A model generated the notes under the pieces. It was not told where the DNA came from and ran no database searches. It worked only from the letters and a program-made list of their open reading frames with translations. Shown piece after piece: positions 20,265 to 29,390 of a DNA stretch of 32,000 nucleotides. Origin of the DNA: Alkalilimnicola ehrlichii MLHE-1 (lineage in GTDB: Bacteria > Pseudomonadota > Gammaproteobacteria > Nitrococcales > Halorhodospiraceae); assembly GCF_000014785.1 (NCBI RefSeq), contig NC_008340.1:2580001-2612000 (forward strand), written 5' to 3'. Numbering within the stretch: position 1 is the stretch's first letter; the number at the start of each line of letters is the position of its first letter. The translations under genes were made by a program, and so were the position numbers.

Positions 20265-20552
20265 TTAAATGATGTCGTGATACAAATCCCGCCACCCCGG
20301 ATTCATTGACTCTATCAACCCCACCTTCCGATTCCGGTTTCCCGACTTCAACTGCTTCTCCCGGCCGATGGCCGATGTCATGGTTTCATGGACTTCATAC
20401 CACACCAGCCGATGCAGGCCGTACCGTCGGGTAAACCCATCCACAAAGCCGGATTTATGCTGCCAGACACGTTGCACCAGGTTGCTGGTGACGCCGACAT
20501 AAAGCGTGCCGTTCCGGCCATTGGTCATGATATAGACACAGGGTTGGTTCAT
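20265..20552 (-). CDS. GIY-YIG nuclease-domain small protein
   Basis: MNQPCVYIMTNGRNGTLYVGVTSNLVQRVWQHKSGFVDGFTRRYGLHRLVWYEVHETMTSAIGREKQLKSGNRNRKVGLIE...; GIY-YIG-type core (VYIMTN...LYVGVTSNL...REKQLK). Confidence 0.9.
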   Translation of the reverse strand: MNQPCVYIMTNGRNGTLYVGVTSNLVQRVWQHKSGFVDGFTRRYGLHRLVWYEVHETMTSAIGREKQLKSGNRNRKVGLIESMNPGWRDLYHDII

Positions 20553-20585
20553 ATGAGCCCTCCTTGGCCCTGAGTGATTCGCCGC

Positions 20586-21335
20586 CTATCCCCACTGCAC
20601 CACGCCCCGCACCAGCGTATACCCCCCGGCGACCAACGCCACTCCCAGCATCAGGTTCCGGTACGCGGCCAATGGAATCCAGTGGCCGAGGTACCGCGAC
20701 ACCCCCAGCCCCAGCACCACCCCCGGCAACAGGCTGGCGGCCAACGCCACATCCTGCCAGCCGAACCGCCCGGCCATGCCCAGCGCCGTGAGCGACATGA
20801 CGCTCATGGGCACGAAAATGGCATATAGCGTGCCGCGCACCCGCGCTGGAGAGGCGTTCTGATAGGCCAGCCCCAACGGCGGCCCACCCACTCCGGTAAT
20901 CGTGCCCATGGTCGCCGCGCACAGGCTGCCTGAGAACACCACGCTGCCGCGGGGCTGCACCTGGAGCCGGACCCAGCTCAGCACCACGGCCACCACAATC
21001 AGCGCCCCGAACAGGGTCTGCCACGCCGACAGCGGCAGCAGGCCGATCACCAGATAGGCCAACGCCGCCCCCAGCAGCGCCCCAGGCCAAGCCCAAGCCA
21101 GATCACGCACCACCACATGACGGGCATTGGCGCGCAGCAGCATCAGCGGCAGGATACCGCCGATCAGGACCAGCGGCGCCGGCACCAGGGTCGGGTGGAT
21201 CAGAAACAGCAAGGGCGCGCTGAACAGGGCCACGCCGTACCCGATCACGCCCTGGATCGCCGCACCGACGACGACGACACTCACCGCCAGCACCCACTGA
21301 AGCAGGCCCAGATCACCGAACACGATTGTCTCCAT
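20586..21335 (-). CDS. TauE/SafE-family sulfite exporter-like permease
   Basis: 249 aa multi-spanning: VLAVSVVVVGAAIQGVIGYGVALFSAPLLFLIHPTLVPAPLVLIG...GTITGVGGPPLGLAYQNASPARVRGTL. Confidence 0.85.
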   Translation of the reverse strand: METIVFGDLGLLQWVLAVSVVVVGAAIQGVIGYGVALFSAPLLFLIHPTLVPAPLVLIGGILPLMLLRANARHVVVRDLAWAWPGALLGAALAYLVIGLLPLSAWQTLFGALIVVAVVLSWVRLQVQPRGSVVFSGSLCAATMGTITGVGGPPLGLAYQNASPARVRGTLYAIFVPMSVMSLTALGMAGRFGWQDVALAASLLPGVVLGLGVSRYLGHWIPLAAYRNLMLGVALVAGGYTLVRGVVQWG

Positions 21336-21399
21336 TGCAAGCCATCATTCCCGCCGCAGCCAGTGTGCCAACCTACACCGCGGTTACCGGACTGCACAG

Positions 21400-21682
21400 A
21401 GGGGCGTGGCAGTCCAGGCGGCGGGTGGATCGCCGCGTCGCTTCGCTCCTCGCGATGACGGGGGTGGGTGCCGCCCCCACCGTCACTGCGAGGAGGCGAA
21501 GCCGACGTGGCAGTCTACCGCTCTGGATCGCCACGGGCCTTCGGCCCTCGCGATGACGGGGGTGCCCCGTTCCTCGTTGATTCGGGCCCGCGCAGCGGGG
21601 AGGGGGGCTCGCGATGACGGGGTGGGTGCCGCCCCCACCGTCACTGCGAGCCCCGGAGGGGCGTGGCAGTCCAGACCGAGGG
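21400..21682 (+). repeat. Repeat cluster D
   Basis: CGTCACTGCGAGGAGGCGAAGCCGACGTGGCAGTCTACCGCTCTGGATCGCCACGGGCCTTCGGCCCTCGCGATGACG plus truncated copies. Confidence 0.9.
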
Positions 21683-21814
21683 CTATTGGCTGCGGCTACA
21701 AAACGCTTACGATCTGGAGGAGGCACGCCGCCACATGGCCGCATGAGCGGCAGCACCTGCTGCGCAGTTCACGGGCTTGTATTTAGCCCTGCTTCCGTTG
21801 CGCCTTGAAAGGCC

Positions 21815-23002
21815 TCAGATCTGCCGCAACGCACGCTCCAAATGCCCAAAGCCGATCCGCTCCTGTTCCAGCCTCAGGCAATCCTGCAGGGTATCTTCCC
21901 GCAGGTCCTGGAAAAGCGCCTGTTCCGCCTCGGTGAGTAGCGAAAGGCGCCCTGTGAACCGCTTGTTAGCCGGCTCCCGCCCCCACATCTCACGGTGCAT
22001 CTCCAACGTCTCGCGGTCCATGAGCAGGGATCGGGCGTGGGGCAGGCGGGTGCGCAGGCGGTGGAGCATGGCGAAGCCGTGGGTGTCGATATCGCCCCAG
22101 TAGTGGACCGCCACCTCCCGCAGCCAGCCAACCCCCGCCAACCGCTCCAGCCCATAGCCCAGACCGAAGATCACCAGGCCGCCCGGGTGGTCGGGGAAGG
22201 CCAGGCCATTGATCTCGTTCTCGGTGATGAAGACCCGGCGCACCGGCAGGCGCAGGTCGGCGAACTGTTCCGGGGGCACCGAGAGGTCGCTCAGCCCCTG
22301 CACGTAGAGGGCGGGGTCCAGCAACCGGAAGCGCACCAGCGCCGGCTTCTCCCGCAGCCCGAAACGCCGTTCGAAGCCCCGGGCGCCGGTGGCCGACGGG
22401 TCGATGGCGGCCTCGGGCAGCACCGCGTCCAACAACTCGGTGAACAGCCGGCGCCGGGCCTCGATGAACTTGGTGTCCACCCCGGGGATGTCCAGTTGCC
22501 GCAGATAGATACCGGGCCGGGGGTGGGCGCGGAACCAGTCCAGCACGTCCAGAATGCGCGGCCAGGCCCCGGCCTCCGCCAGCGCCTGCAGCGGCCGCCG
22601 GGCCAGCCAGTCTGCCAGCGACGGGAAGCGGCGCAGGGTCTCCCCGGCCAGCGCCCGAAAGCGGGCCGCCTCCCGCTCACGGCCGATCAGGCGCAAGCCG
22701 TCCGCCTCGCTCGGGACAATCGCCCCGGCGGGCAGGTCATTGGCCCCATGCACCCGGTGGTTCACCCGCCGCCACTCGATCCCGTAGCCGTACCCCCGCT
22801 CATCGCGGCTGCCGGCCTGAAGCTGCTGCACCCAACGGCGCACGGCGACGAAGTCCTCGGCCAGATCCCGGGAGGTGGGGCGGCGCAGCCGCAGCGTGAG
22901 CGGAAAGAGCGACTCGCCGCGCACATAGGCGGCCAGCCAATCGCCGCGCTCCCATTGGCGCAACAACTGCTGGCGCAGCTCGTCGGGTGTCGTCCAACTC
23001 AT
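21815..23002 (-). CDS. jetD: Wadjet system subunit JetD (DUF3322/DUF2220, TOPRIM-like nuclease)
   Basis: MSWTTPDELRQQLLRQWERGDWLAAYVRGE...FITENEINGLAFPDHPGGLVIFGLGYGLERLAGVGWLREVAVHYWGDIDTHGFAMLHRLRTRLPHARSLLMDRETL. ATGA overlap with jetC. Confidence 0.9.
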   Translation of the reverse strand: MSWTTPDELRQQLLRQWERGDWLAAYVRGESLFPLTLRLRRPTSRDLAEDFVAVRRWVQQLQAGSRDERGYGYGIEWRRVNHRVHGANDLPAGAIVPSEADGLRLIGREREAARFRALAGETLRRFPSLADWLARRPLQALAEAGAWPRILDVLDWFRAHPRPGIYLRQLDIPGVDTKFIEARRRLFTELLDAVLPEAAIDPSATGARGFERRFGLREKPALVRFRLLDPALYVQGLSDLSVPPEQFADLRLPVRRVFITENEINGLAFPDHPGGLVIFGLGYGLERLAGVGWLREVAVHYWGDIDTHGFAMLHRLRTRLPHARSLLMDRETLEMHREMWGREPANKRFTGRLSLLTEAEQALFQDLREDTLQDCLRLEQERIGFGHLERALRQI

Positions 23003-26000
23003 GGCGCGATACGCTGGCGGGCGGCCTTCTCCGCCTGGTACTCCGCAATGGTGAGATTGCGCACCATAGACTCGCGCCCCTCCACGTTGTGCACAAACCC
23101 CACGCTGGCCACGAAGGGCTCGATGATGTGGATCTTCTGCAACGGGGTGACGATCAGCAACTGCAGGTTCAACCGCTGGAACAGCTCCAGGCCGTAACGG
23201 GCGGACTCGTCCGAGCCGCGGCCGAAGGCCTCGTCGATGACCACGAAGCGGAACGAGCGCGAGCGGGTCTCGCCCCACTCCAGCCCGAACTGGTAGGCCA
23301 GGCTCGCGGCCAGCACGGTATAGGCCAGCTTCTCCTTCTGCCCCCCGGACTTGCCCCCGGAATCGGCGTAGTGCTCGTACTCGCTGTCGTCCTCGCGCCA
23401 GCGTTCGGAGGCGGAGAAGACGAACCAGTTGCGCACATCGGTGACCTTGCGGGTCCAGCGCCGGTCCAGGTCGGTGGTTCCCTCCCGGCCGCGGAAGCGC
23501 TCGATGATGGCCTTCACCTGCAGGAACTTGGCCTCGGAGTACTGATCGTCGTCCGAGCCGGTCACCGCCCCCTCGGTGCAGGCGCGCAGGCTCTGCTGAA
23601 AGTCGCGGATCTCCGCGTCCGGGGCGCTTTCCGCCATCAGGGTGATGTAACGGTTGTCGTTGTAGTCGATCTCACGCAGCGAGCGGTTGATGGTGCCGAT
23701 GCGCTCCAGGATCGCCTGGCGCTCCCGATGCAGCCGGCTCTGGAAGGCGGCCACCTCGCGGATGGTGTTTTCGTTGAGCAGCTCCTTGAAGCGGGCCTCG
23801 AAGCGGGGCAGATCATCTGCCTGCAACTGCTCGAGCATGGCGCGATAGTCGCCGGCGGCCTCGACGCTCACATCCACCTCCTGGCTGTCCAGCGGCCAGG
23901 CGTCCTGGTAGCGGCGCATGGCGTCGATGATGCGGTCGCGCAACTGCGCCAGGCGCTTGTCCTCCGCGTCGATCTTGCCCTGCAGCCATTCGCGCATGTC
24001 CTTCTCGCGGTTGTCGCAGGACTCCACCGTCAGGGTGTGCTCACCCAGGGCCTCGTCGCGCATGGCGGCCAGGCGCGGAAAGTAGGTCTGCTGCGCCTCT
24101 TCCGGTGTCGACTCCAACAGCGTGTGGCAATCCTGCCACTGGGCCCGGGCCTGCTCCTGTTTCAGCTCGTTGGCGCTGATCTCGCGATCCGCCTGGCGGA
24201 CCTCGCCCTCGACGCCCTTGATGGTCTTTTCCAGCTCATCCAGTTGCCGCTCCAGCGCCCGGAGCACGTCCGAGCCCTCGGCCAGCTCCCGGTACTCGCG
24301 CTCCAGCGCCTCAATGTCGGCAGCCAGCGGACGCCAGTCCAGGGCCTGAAAATCCTGGAACAGGGTCAGCTCCTGGATGGTGTCGCGGCGGGCCTCCTGG
24401 GCCCGCCGTTCGTCCTCCCAGCCACCGATGCGCTTGGCGATGGCCTGCATGCGCTCGGCCAGCCCGTCGGCCTCGGCCTCCAGCGCGGCGATCTTCGCCT
24501 CGTTGCTCCAGCCCAGCACATAACGGGTGCGGTCATCGATACGGTGGCGGTCGTCCTTCTCGTGGCGGCCACCGCCGGCCTTTATCTGCCCGGCACGGGT
24601 GATCGCCCGCTTCTCACGACGGAATTGCTGCAGATCGGTGCAGCAAGCGTAATCGAAGCGCTGCGCCAGCGCCTGCTCCAGCCAGGTATAAAACGCCGAC
24701 TCCGGCCGGATGGCCAGCTTGCGCACCAGCGAGTCGGCGTGCAGCGACGGCGGCGGCGCGTCGCGGGCTTCGCGCACGCGGTAGTAGACCAACCGCCCCC
24801 GCAACCGGGTGCGGTCCACCCACTCGGCGACGCGGGCGTAGTGGCTGTCGGGCACCAGCAGCGACAGGCCGAAGTTGTGCAGCACCCGTTCGATGGCGCC
24901 CTCCCAGTCGCGCTCGTCGTCACGCACCTGCAGCAGTTCACCGGCGAAGGGCAGGTCCTCGGCGGGCACCTCCAGCGCGCGGCACAGGGCGGTGCGGATG
25001 GCGAGGATCTCCGCCGGGATGTTGGAGCGTCGACCGCGCAGCGATGCCAGCTCGGCATCCAGGTCCTCGTGCCGCCCCTTGAGCTGGTGCAGCTCCACGC
25101 TGGCCTCCGTAATCCGGTTCTGCAGCTCGCTGCGGGCGGTCTCGGTGGCCTCGCGGGCCACGGTGAGCGCCTCGCGGTTGGCGTGAAAGACCTCGTCGCT
25201 GGTGGCATCGGGCAGCTCCAGCCGGTGCGCCAGCCGCCGGTAGCGCTCGGCCTTCTCGCTGCGCTCCGCCTTCTCCCGCCGCTTGCGCTCCAGCTCCGCC
25301 TTGATCCGCTCCAGGCGGTCGCCGCCGTTCTCGGCGATCGCCTGCTTGAGCTCGTCGCGCCGGGCCCGCTGCTCGGTGAGCCGAGTGCTCAGCCCCTCAA
25401 TGCGCTGCTGCAGCCGCTCGTGCTCCTGGCCCAGGTTGTCCAACCGGCGGTCCAGCAGCTCGGCCTTCAGCGAGGCGAACCAGGGCCGCAACGCCTGGCG
25501 GCAATCGCGCAGCTCCCGGGCCCGGGTGGCCCGTTGGTCGTGCTCGTCGGCATCGCGCACCAGGGGAATCAACTGCGCCACCTGCGACTTGGCCTTCAAC
25601 ACCGCCTCGTGGGCCCGGTTGAGGTCGTCGAAATGGCGGATCAGCGCCTCGATCCGCTCCTCGACGGGGAAGGCCTCCAGCATGTGACTGCGCACGAACT
25701 CGGTCAGGTTACCCACCGACTTCATGGAGACCGTCTGGTTAAAGAGCTCCAGGGCCTGCTCATTGTCGATGCCGAAGCGCCGCCGGAAGGCACCGCCGTA
25801 GGGCGGAAAGGTGTCGTACAACTCCACGTGGGGCAGCCCGCGCAGGCGCTTGCGCAGGTTGGCCAGGTCGGTGCCGAAATTGGCGAAGTGCTCGGCGATG
25901 TTCAGCGGGCGGTCGGCGACCACGAAAAACCGCGCCGGCTGGCCCTGGGTGTCCTTCATCCAGAAGACCTGGGCCAGGGTCACATCGTGGCCGAAGCCCT

Positions 26001-26391
26001 CGTTGTGGAAGTGGCCGAGGATGACCGAGTAGTTGTTATGGTCGCGCAGGCCCACCGGCTTGCTGGCCAAGCCGGCGTCGCTACGCTCCGACTTGTAGTA
26101 GCCGAGGACGTAAGAGCGCAGGCTGCGCTCCTTGGCCTCCGCGCCGGCGGCCTTGTTGTAGGTGATCCGCTGAGCCGGCACCAGCAGCGTGGTGATGGCG
26201 TCCACCAAGGTGGACTTGCCGGAGCCGATGTCCCCGGTCAGCAGGCTGTTGTCGCCGCCGGGCTGCAGCGACCAGACGCGGTCGTGGAAGGTGCCCCAGT
26301 TGAACACCTCCAGCCGCTGGAGGCGAAAACCGGTGCGCTGGTCGGAGCCGGCGAAATCCAGTCCCTGGGTTTCCATACGATGGGGTTCCAT
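22999..26391 (-). CDS. jetC: Wadjet system subunit JetC (SMC/MukB/SbcC-like ATPase)
   Basis: FRLQRLEVFNWGTFHDRVWSLQPGGDNSLLTGDIGSGKSTLVDAITTLLVPAQRITYNKAAGAEAKERS... (Walker A), long coiled coil, SGGQKEKLAYTVLAASLAYQFG signature and RFVVIDEAFGRGSDESARYGLELF (Walker B). An alternative start at 26376 is possible. Confidence 0.95.
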   Translation of the reverse strand: MEPHRMETQGLDFAGSDQRTGFRLQRLEVFNWGTFHDRVWSLQPGGDNSLLTGDIGSGKSTLVDAITTLLVPAQRITYNKAAGAEAKERSLRSYVLGYYKSERSDAGLASKPVGLRDHNNYSVILGHFHNEGFGHDVTLAQVFWMKDTQGQPARFFVVADRPLNIAEHFANFGTDLANLRKRLRGLPHVELYDTFPPYGGAFRRRFGIDNEQALELFNQTVSMKSVGNLTEFVRSHMLEAFPVEERIEALIRHFDDLNRAHEAVLKAKSQVAQLIPLVRDADEHDQRATRARELRDCRQALRPWFASLKAELLDRRLDNLGQEHERLQQRIEGLSTRLTEQRARRDELKQAIAENGGDRLERIKAELERKRREKAERSEKAERYRRLAHRLELPDATSDEVFHANREALTVAREATETARSELQNRITEASVELHQLKGRHEDLDAELASLRGRRSNIPAEILAIRTALCRALEVPAEDLPFAGELLQVRDDERDWEGAIERVLHNFGLSLLVPDSHYARVAEWVDRTRLRGRLVYYRVREARDAPPPSLHADSLVRKLAIRPESAFYTWLEQALAQRFDYACCTDLQQFRREKRAITRAGQIKAGGGRHEKDDRHRIDDRTRYVLGWSNEAKIAALEAEADGLAERMQAIAKRIGGWEDERRAQEARRDTIQELTLFQDFQALDWRPLAADIEALEREYRELAEGSDVLRALERQLDELEKTIKGVEGEVRQADREISANELKQEQARAQWQDCHTLLESTPEEAQQTYFPRLAAMRDEALGEHTLTVESCDNREKDMREWLQGKIDAEDKRLAQLRDRIIDAMRRYQDAWPLDSQEVDVSVEAAGDYRAMLEQLQADDLPRFEARFKELLNENTIREVAAFQSRLHRERQAILERIGTINRSLREIDYNDNRYITLMAESAPDAEIRDFQQSLRACTEGAVTGSDDDQYSEAKFLQVKAIIERFRGREGTTDLDRRWTRKVTDVRNWFVFSASERWREDDSEYEHYADSGGKSGGQKEKLAYTVLAASLAYQFGLEWGETRSRSFRFVVIDEAFGRGSDESARYGLELFQRLNLQLLIVTPLQKIHIIEPFVASVGFVHNVEGRESMVRNLTIAEYQAEKAARQRIAP

Positions 26392-26393
26392 GC

Positions 26394-26993
26394 TCACTGC
26401 CCGTCGCCGGCGGTAGTGGTGGCCTCGGCGTGCTCGCGGTACTCGGCCAGGCGCTGGTCGAACTCCGCCAGCCACTGGGCGTCGATATAGGCCTTGATGA
26501 TCCGGCGCACCTCGTACTGATTATCCTGCCCGCGCAGCCGGCGCAGGAAACCCAGCTCCACCACCTTGTTGATGTCCGCGTGCACCCGGTCCACCAACTT
26601 CGCCTCGTTGGCGCTGGCCGGCAGGAAGACACGGATCAGCTCCACGATCTGCTCCCGCGAGAGGATCAGCCGCGGGTCGCCGCCGCCGGCATCGTGCTCC
26701 ACCAGCTTCTTGCGCAGCAGCGCCAGCAGCAGGCTTACCGGGTAGGTGAGCTGGCGGCGCGGCACCAGCCGGGGCAGCTCCGGCTCGTCCTCGGCGGGGG
26801 TCCGCTGGCGCAGGCAGGCGTGGCCCTCGGCCTCGTCCAGCATCAGCTCCAGCCCGAGCACGGCCACGTGGTCGCGCACCCGCGCCTGGTGGTCCTCAAG
26901 CACCTGCCAGTAGCGAGGGTTCTGGTCCTTGTACAGCACACCCTTGAACAGGGTGATCAGCATGGCCGAGAAGTCGGCGTCCTGTTCGCTCAT
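26394..26993 (-). CDS. jetB: Wadjet system subunit JetB (DUF4194, MukE/kleisin-partner-like)
   Basis: MSEQDADFSAMLITLFKGVLYKDQNPRYWQVLEDHQARVRDHVAVLGLELMLDEAEGHACLRQR...RRQLTYPVSLLLALLRKKLVEHDAGGGDPRLILSREQIVELIRVFLP; position in the operon. Confidence 0.92.
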   Translation of the reverse strand: MSEQDADFSAMLITLFKGVLYKDQNPRYWQVLEDHQARVRDHVAVLGLELMLDEAEGHACLRQRTPAEDEPELPRLVPRRQLTYPVSLLLALLRKKLVEHDAGGGDPRLILSREQIVELIRVFLPASANEAKLVDRVHADINKVVELGFLRRLRGQDNQYEVRRIIKAYIDAQWLAEFDQRLAEYREHAEATTTAGDGQ

Positions 26994-26997
26994 AGGC

Positions 26998-28434
26998 TCA
27001 ACGGCAGAAGATAACCTGCGGTAGCGTGGCGCTGCGGGCAACGCCGTCACGGTCGCGCCAGTATACGGTCTGCTGGCGGGTTTCATCGATCACGCTGCGG
27101 TGATCCTCTGTGGCCAGGGCCAGGTAGACCACCAGTTCGGCCAGGCCCTGCTCCAGCGGGTGTTGCTCCAACAGGGCCGCCAGGCTGATCTGCTCGCGGG
27201 TCTGCAGCGCCCGGCGCACCTGCCCTTGCAGCCGGGTGCGGTCCACGTAGGCCTGGTCGAACAGCGCCGCCACGTCGCCCTCCGCCTCGCCCGCCTCCAG
27301 CACCTGCTGCTCGATGCGCGGCGTAACCGGCGGACTGAAGAGCGGGCGCTCCATGGGCAGCTCCACCCGGGGCGCGGGTTCGTCCAGGGCCATGGTGAAA
27401 TCCCGGGGCGGGGCTTCCCGCAGGTGCAGGGCCTGCTGCTCCAACTCGCGGATCAGCCCCATGATGCGGCGGTTCTCCAGCCAGGCCTGATCGTCCAGAT
27501 AGCGGCGCAACTGCTCGGAGAGCCGCGCCACCACCCGCTGGGTGTGCTCGCCCGCCGCCAGCCAGTCGTAATGGATGCGGGCCAGGGTCGGGTCGGGCGC
27601 CACCTCGGTCACGGGCTCGAGCGCCAGGGTGCGCTCGAGCAGTTCGGTCAACTCCTCCTGGCGAGCCGGGGACATGAGCAGATCCCAGAAGGCGCGGAAG
27701 CTGCGGCCCTGGTCGGAATCGGCGATGCGGTCGTGCTCGCCGAAGACCTGGTCGAGGATATCGCCCTTGCCGCCCTCCCAGGTGGCCACCTGCTCGCGCA
27801 CCTGGCGGTCCAGCGCGCGGAAGTTGGCCTCCACCTGGCGGAAGTCCCCCAGCAGCCCGCGGGCCGTGTCGGCCATCTGCAGAAAACGCTCGCGCAGGCG
27901 GGTGGGGTCCATCAGGTTCAGGTGCCCGGCCCGCACCTCGTCGATCTCGCGCTCGATGGCGTCGCGCCGCGCCTCCAGATCGCGCAGGCGGGCCTCCGGG
28001 TCGGTCTCCGCCCCCTCCACGATCTGTTTCAGCAGATCAAACACCAGGGTGAGCCGCGACTCCGCACCGATAAAGTGGGCCTGCTCCAGGCCCGCCAGCC
28101 ACTGGATCGCCTGCTCGGTGGCCGGGGTGAGGTCGTAGTGGGGTTCGTCGCTGTGCTGCGGGTAGTACTTGCGCAACCAACCGCGCTCATCGGCAGCCCA
28201 ATATGCCAGGTACTCGTGAGCGCCCTGCTGGTAGGCCTCGTCACCCAACCGGGCGCGCAGGTGGTAGAGGTAGTCCTCCAGCGCATTCTCCAGCTCCGAG
28301 GCCGGCAGCGCCCGCACGTTGGGCACCACGAAACAGCGGTGCAGAAAGGCCACGACCATCGGCGCGTTACCGGCCTGCAACAGGCGCCACCCCGGATGGG
28401 TGCGCCGCAGGCTGTATAGGTGATCGTGATCCAT
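26998..28434 (-). CDS. jetA: Wadjet system subunit JetA (DUF3375, MukF/kleisin-like)
   Basis: 478 aa: HLYSLRRTHPGWRLLQAGNAPMVVAFLHRCFVVPNVRALPASELENALEDYLYHLR...AFWDLLMSPARQEELTELLERTLAL; first gene of the four-gene operon. Confidence 0.92.
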   Translation of the reverse strand: MDHDHLYSLRRTHPGWRLLQAGNAPMVVAFLHRCFVVPNVRALPASELENALEDYLYHLRARLGDEAYQQGAHEYLAYWAADERGWLRKYYPQHSDEPHYDLTPATEQAIQWLAGLEQAHFIGAESRLTLVFDLLKQIVEGAETDPEARLRDLEARRDAIEREIDEVRAGHLNLMDPTRLRERFLQMADTARGLLGDFRQVEANFRALDRQVREQVATWEGGKGDILDQVFGEHDRIADSDQGRSFRAFWDLLMSPARQEELTELLERTLALEPVTEVAPDPTLARIHYDWLAAGEHTQRVVARLSEQLRRYLDDQAWLENRRIMGLIRELEQQALHLREAPPRDFTMALDEPAPRVELPMERPLFSPPVTPRIEQQVLEAGEAEGDVAALFDQAYVDRTRLQGQVRRALQTREQISLAALLEQHPLEQGLAELVVYLALATEDHRSVIDETRQQTVYWRDRDGVARSATLPQVIFCR

Positions 28435-28497
28435 GGGGCTCGGGGTCGGGAATGTCGGGGGATTGTAGCAAGGTGGCCGGGCCTCGGCCTATGACGG

Positions 28498-29265
28498 CGT
28501 GTGGATCGCCGCGTCGCTGCGCTCCTCGCGATGACGGAGGGGTGGGTGCCCCCCACCGTCACTGCGAGCGCGGATCCGCCCCCACCGTCACTGCGAGGAG
28601 CGAAGCGACGTGGCAGTCTACCCCTCTGGATCGCCACGGGCCTCCGACCCTCGCGATGACGGGGGGTGTTACCCCACCGTCACTGCGAGGAGGCGAAGCC
28701 GACGTGGCAGTCTACCCCTCTGGATCGCCACGGGCCTCCGGCCCTCGCGATGACGGGGGGTGTTGCCCCCACCGTCACTGCGAGGAGGCGAAGCCGACGT
28801 GGCAGTCTACCCCTCTGGATCGCCGCGGGCCTCCGGCCCTCGCGATGACCGGGGGGTGTTGCCCCCACCGTCACTGCGAGGAGGCGAAGCCGACGTGGCA
28901 GTCTACCCCTCTGGATCGCCACGGGCCTCCGGCCCTCGCGATGACGGGGGGTGTTGCCCCCACCGTCACTGCGAGGAGGCGAAGCCGACGTGGCAGTCTA
29001 CCCCTCTGGATCGCCGCGGGCCTTCGGCCCTCGCGATGACGGGGGGTGTTGCCCCCACCGTCACTGCGAGGAGGCGAAGCCGACGTGGCAGTCTACCCCT
29101 CTGGATCGCCGCGGGCCTTCGGCCCTCGCGATGACGGGGGGTGTTGCCCCCACCGTCACTGCGAGGAGGCGAAGCCGACGTGGCAGTCTACCGCCCTGGA
29201 TCGCCGCGGGCCTCCGGCCCTCGCGATGACCGGGGGGAAAGCCTCCGGCCCTCGCGATGACGGGG
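28498..29265 (+). repeat. Repeat cluster E: head-to-tail array of the ~78-nt structured element, 95-96 nt period
   Basis: The left arm GTCACTGCGAGG starts at 28679, 28774, 28870, 28965, 29060 and 29155. Each unit ends CTCGCGATGACSG and is separated by a GGGGG-TGTTG-CCCCC linker. Diverged or truncated copies lie upstream. Confidence 0.95.
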
Positions 29266-29390
29266 ATAACCCGTCAACCTGAGGGGCGGCCGTTGGACAA
29301 CGTAATTAGAGACTCATACCATATTGAGCATCCCTCCCGGCAACCTTTTGACAGCCACCGGGAATCCCGAGCCCCCAGAAGCCACCTTTC

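Noticed and set aside
22987-26490. 1167-aa open frame on the + strand antisense to jetC
   Set aside because: Composition is typical of the antisense shadow of a GC-rich gene (His/Leu/Gln/Gly-rich, no recognisable domain). jetC on the other strand has clear ATPase motifs over its whole length.
28678-28755. Novel or degenerate tRNA genes in the arrays
   Set aside because: Although the fold is cloverleaf-like, there is no T-arm GGTTCGANTCC, no D-arm consensus, no plausible anticodon loop and no CCA end.
28679-29265. CRISPR array
   Set aside because: The regular 95-nt period superficially suggests one, but the conserved part is ~78 nt with a constant linker, there are no variable spacers, and no cas genes are in the window.
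28578-29282. ORFs such as MLPPPSLRGGEADVAVYPSGSPRASGPRDDGG... and similar ones in clusters B, C, D and F
   Set aside because: They are translations of the structured intergenic repeats. The peptide repeats only because the DNA does, and the open frame exists in both orientations.
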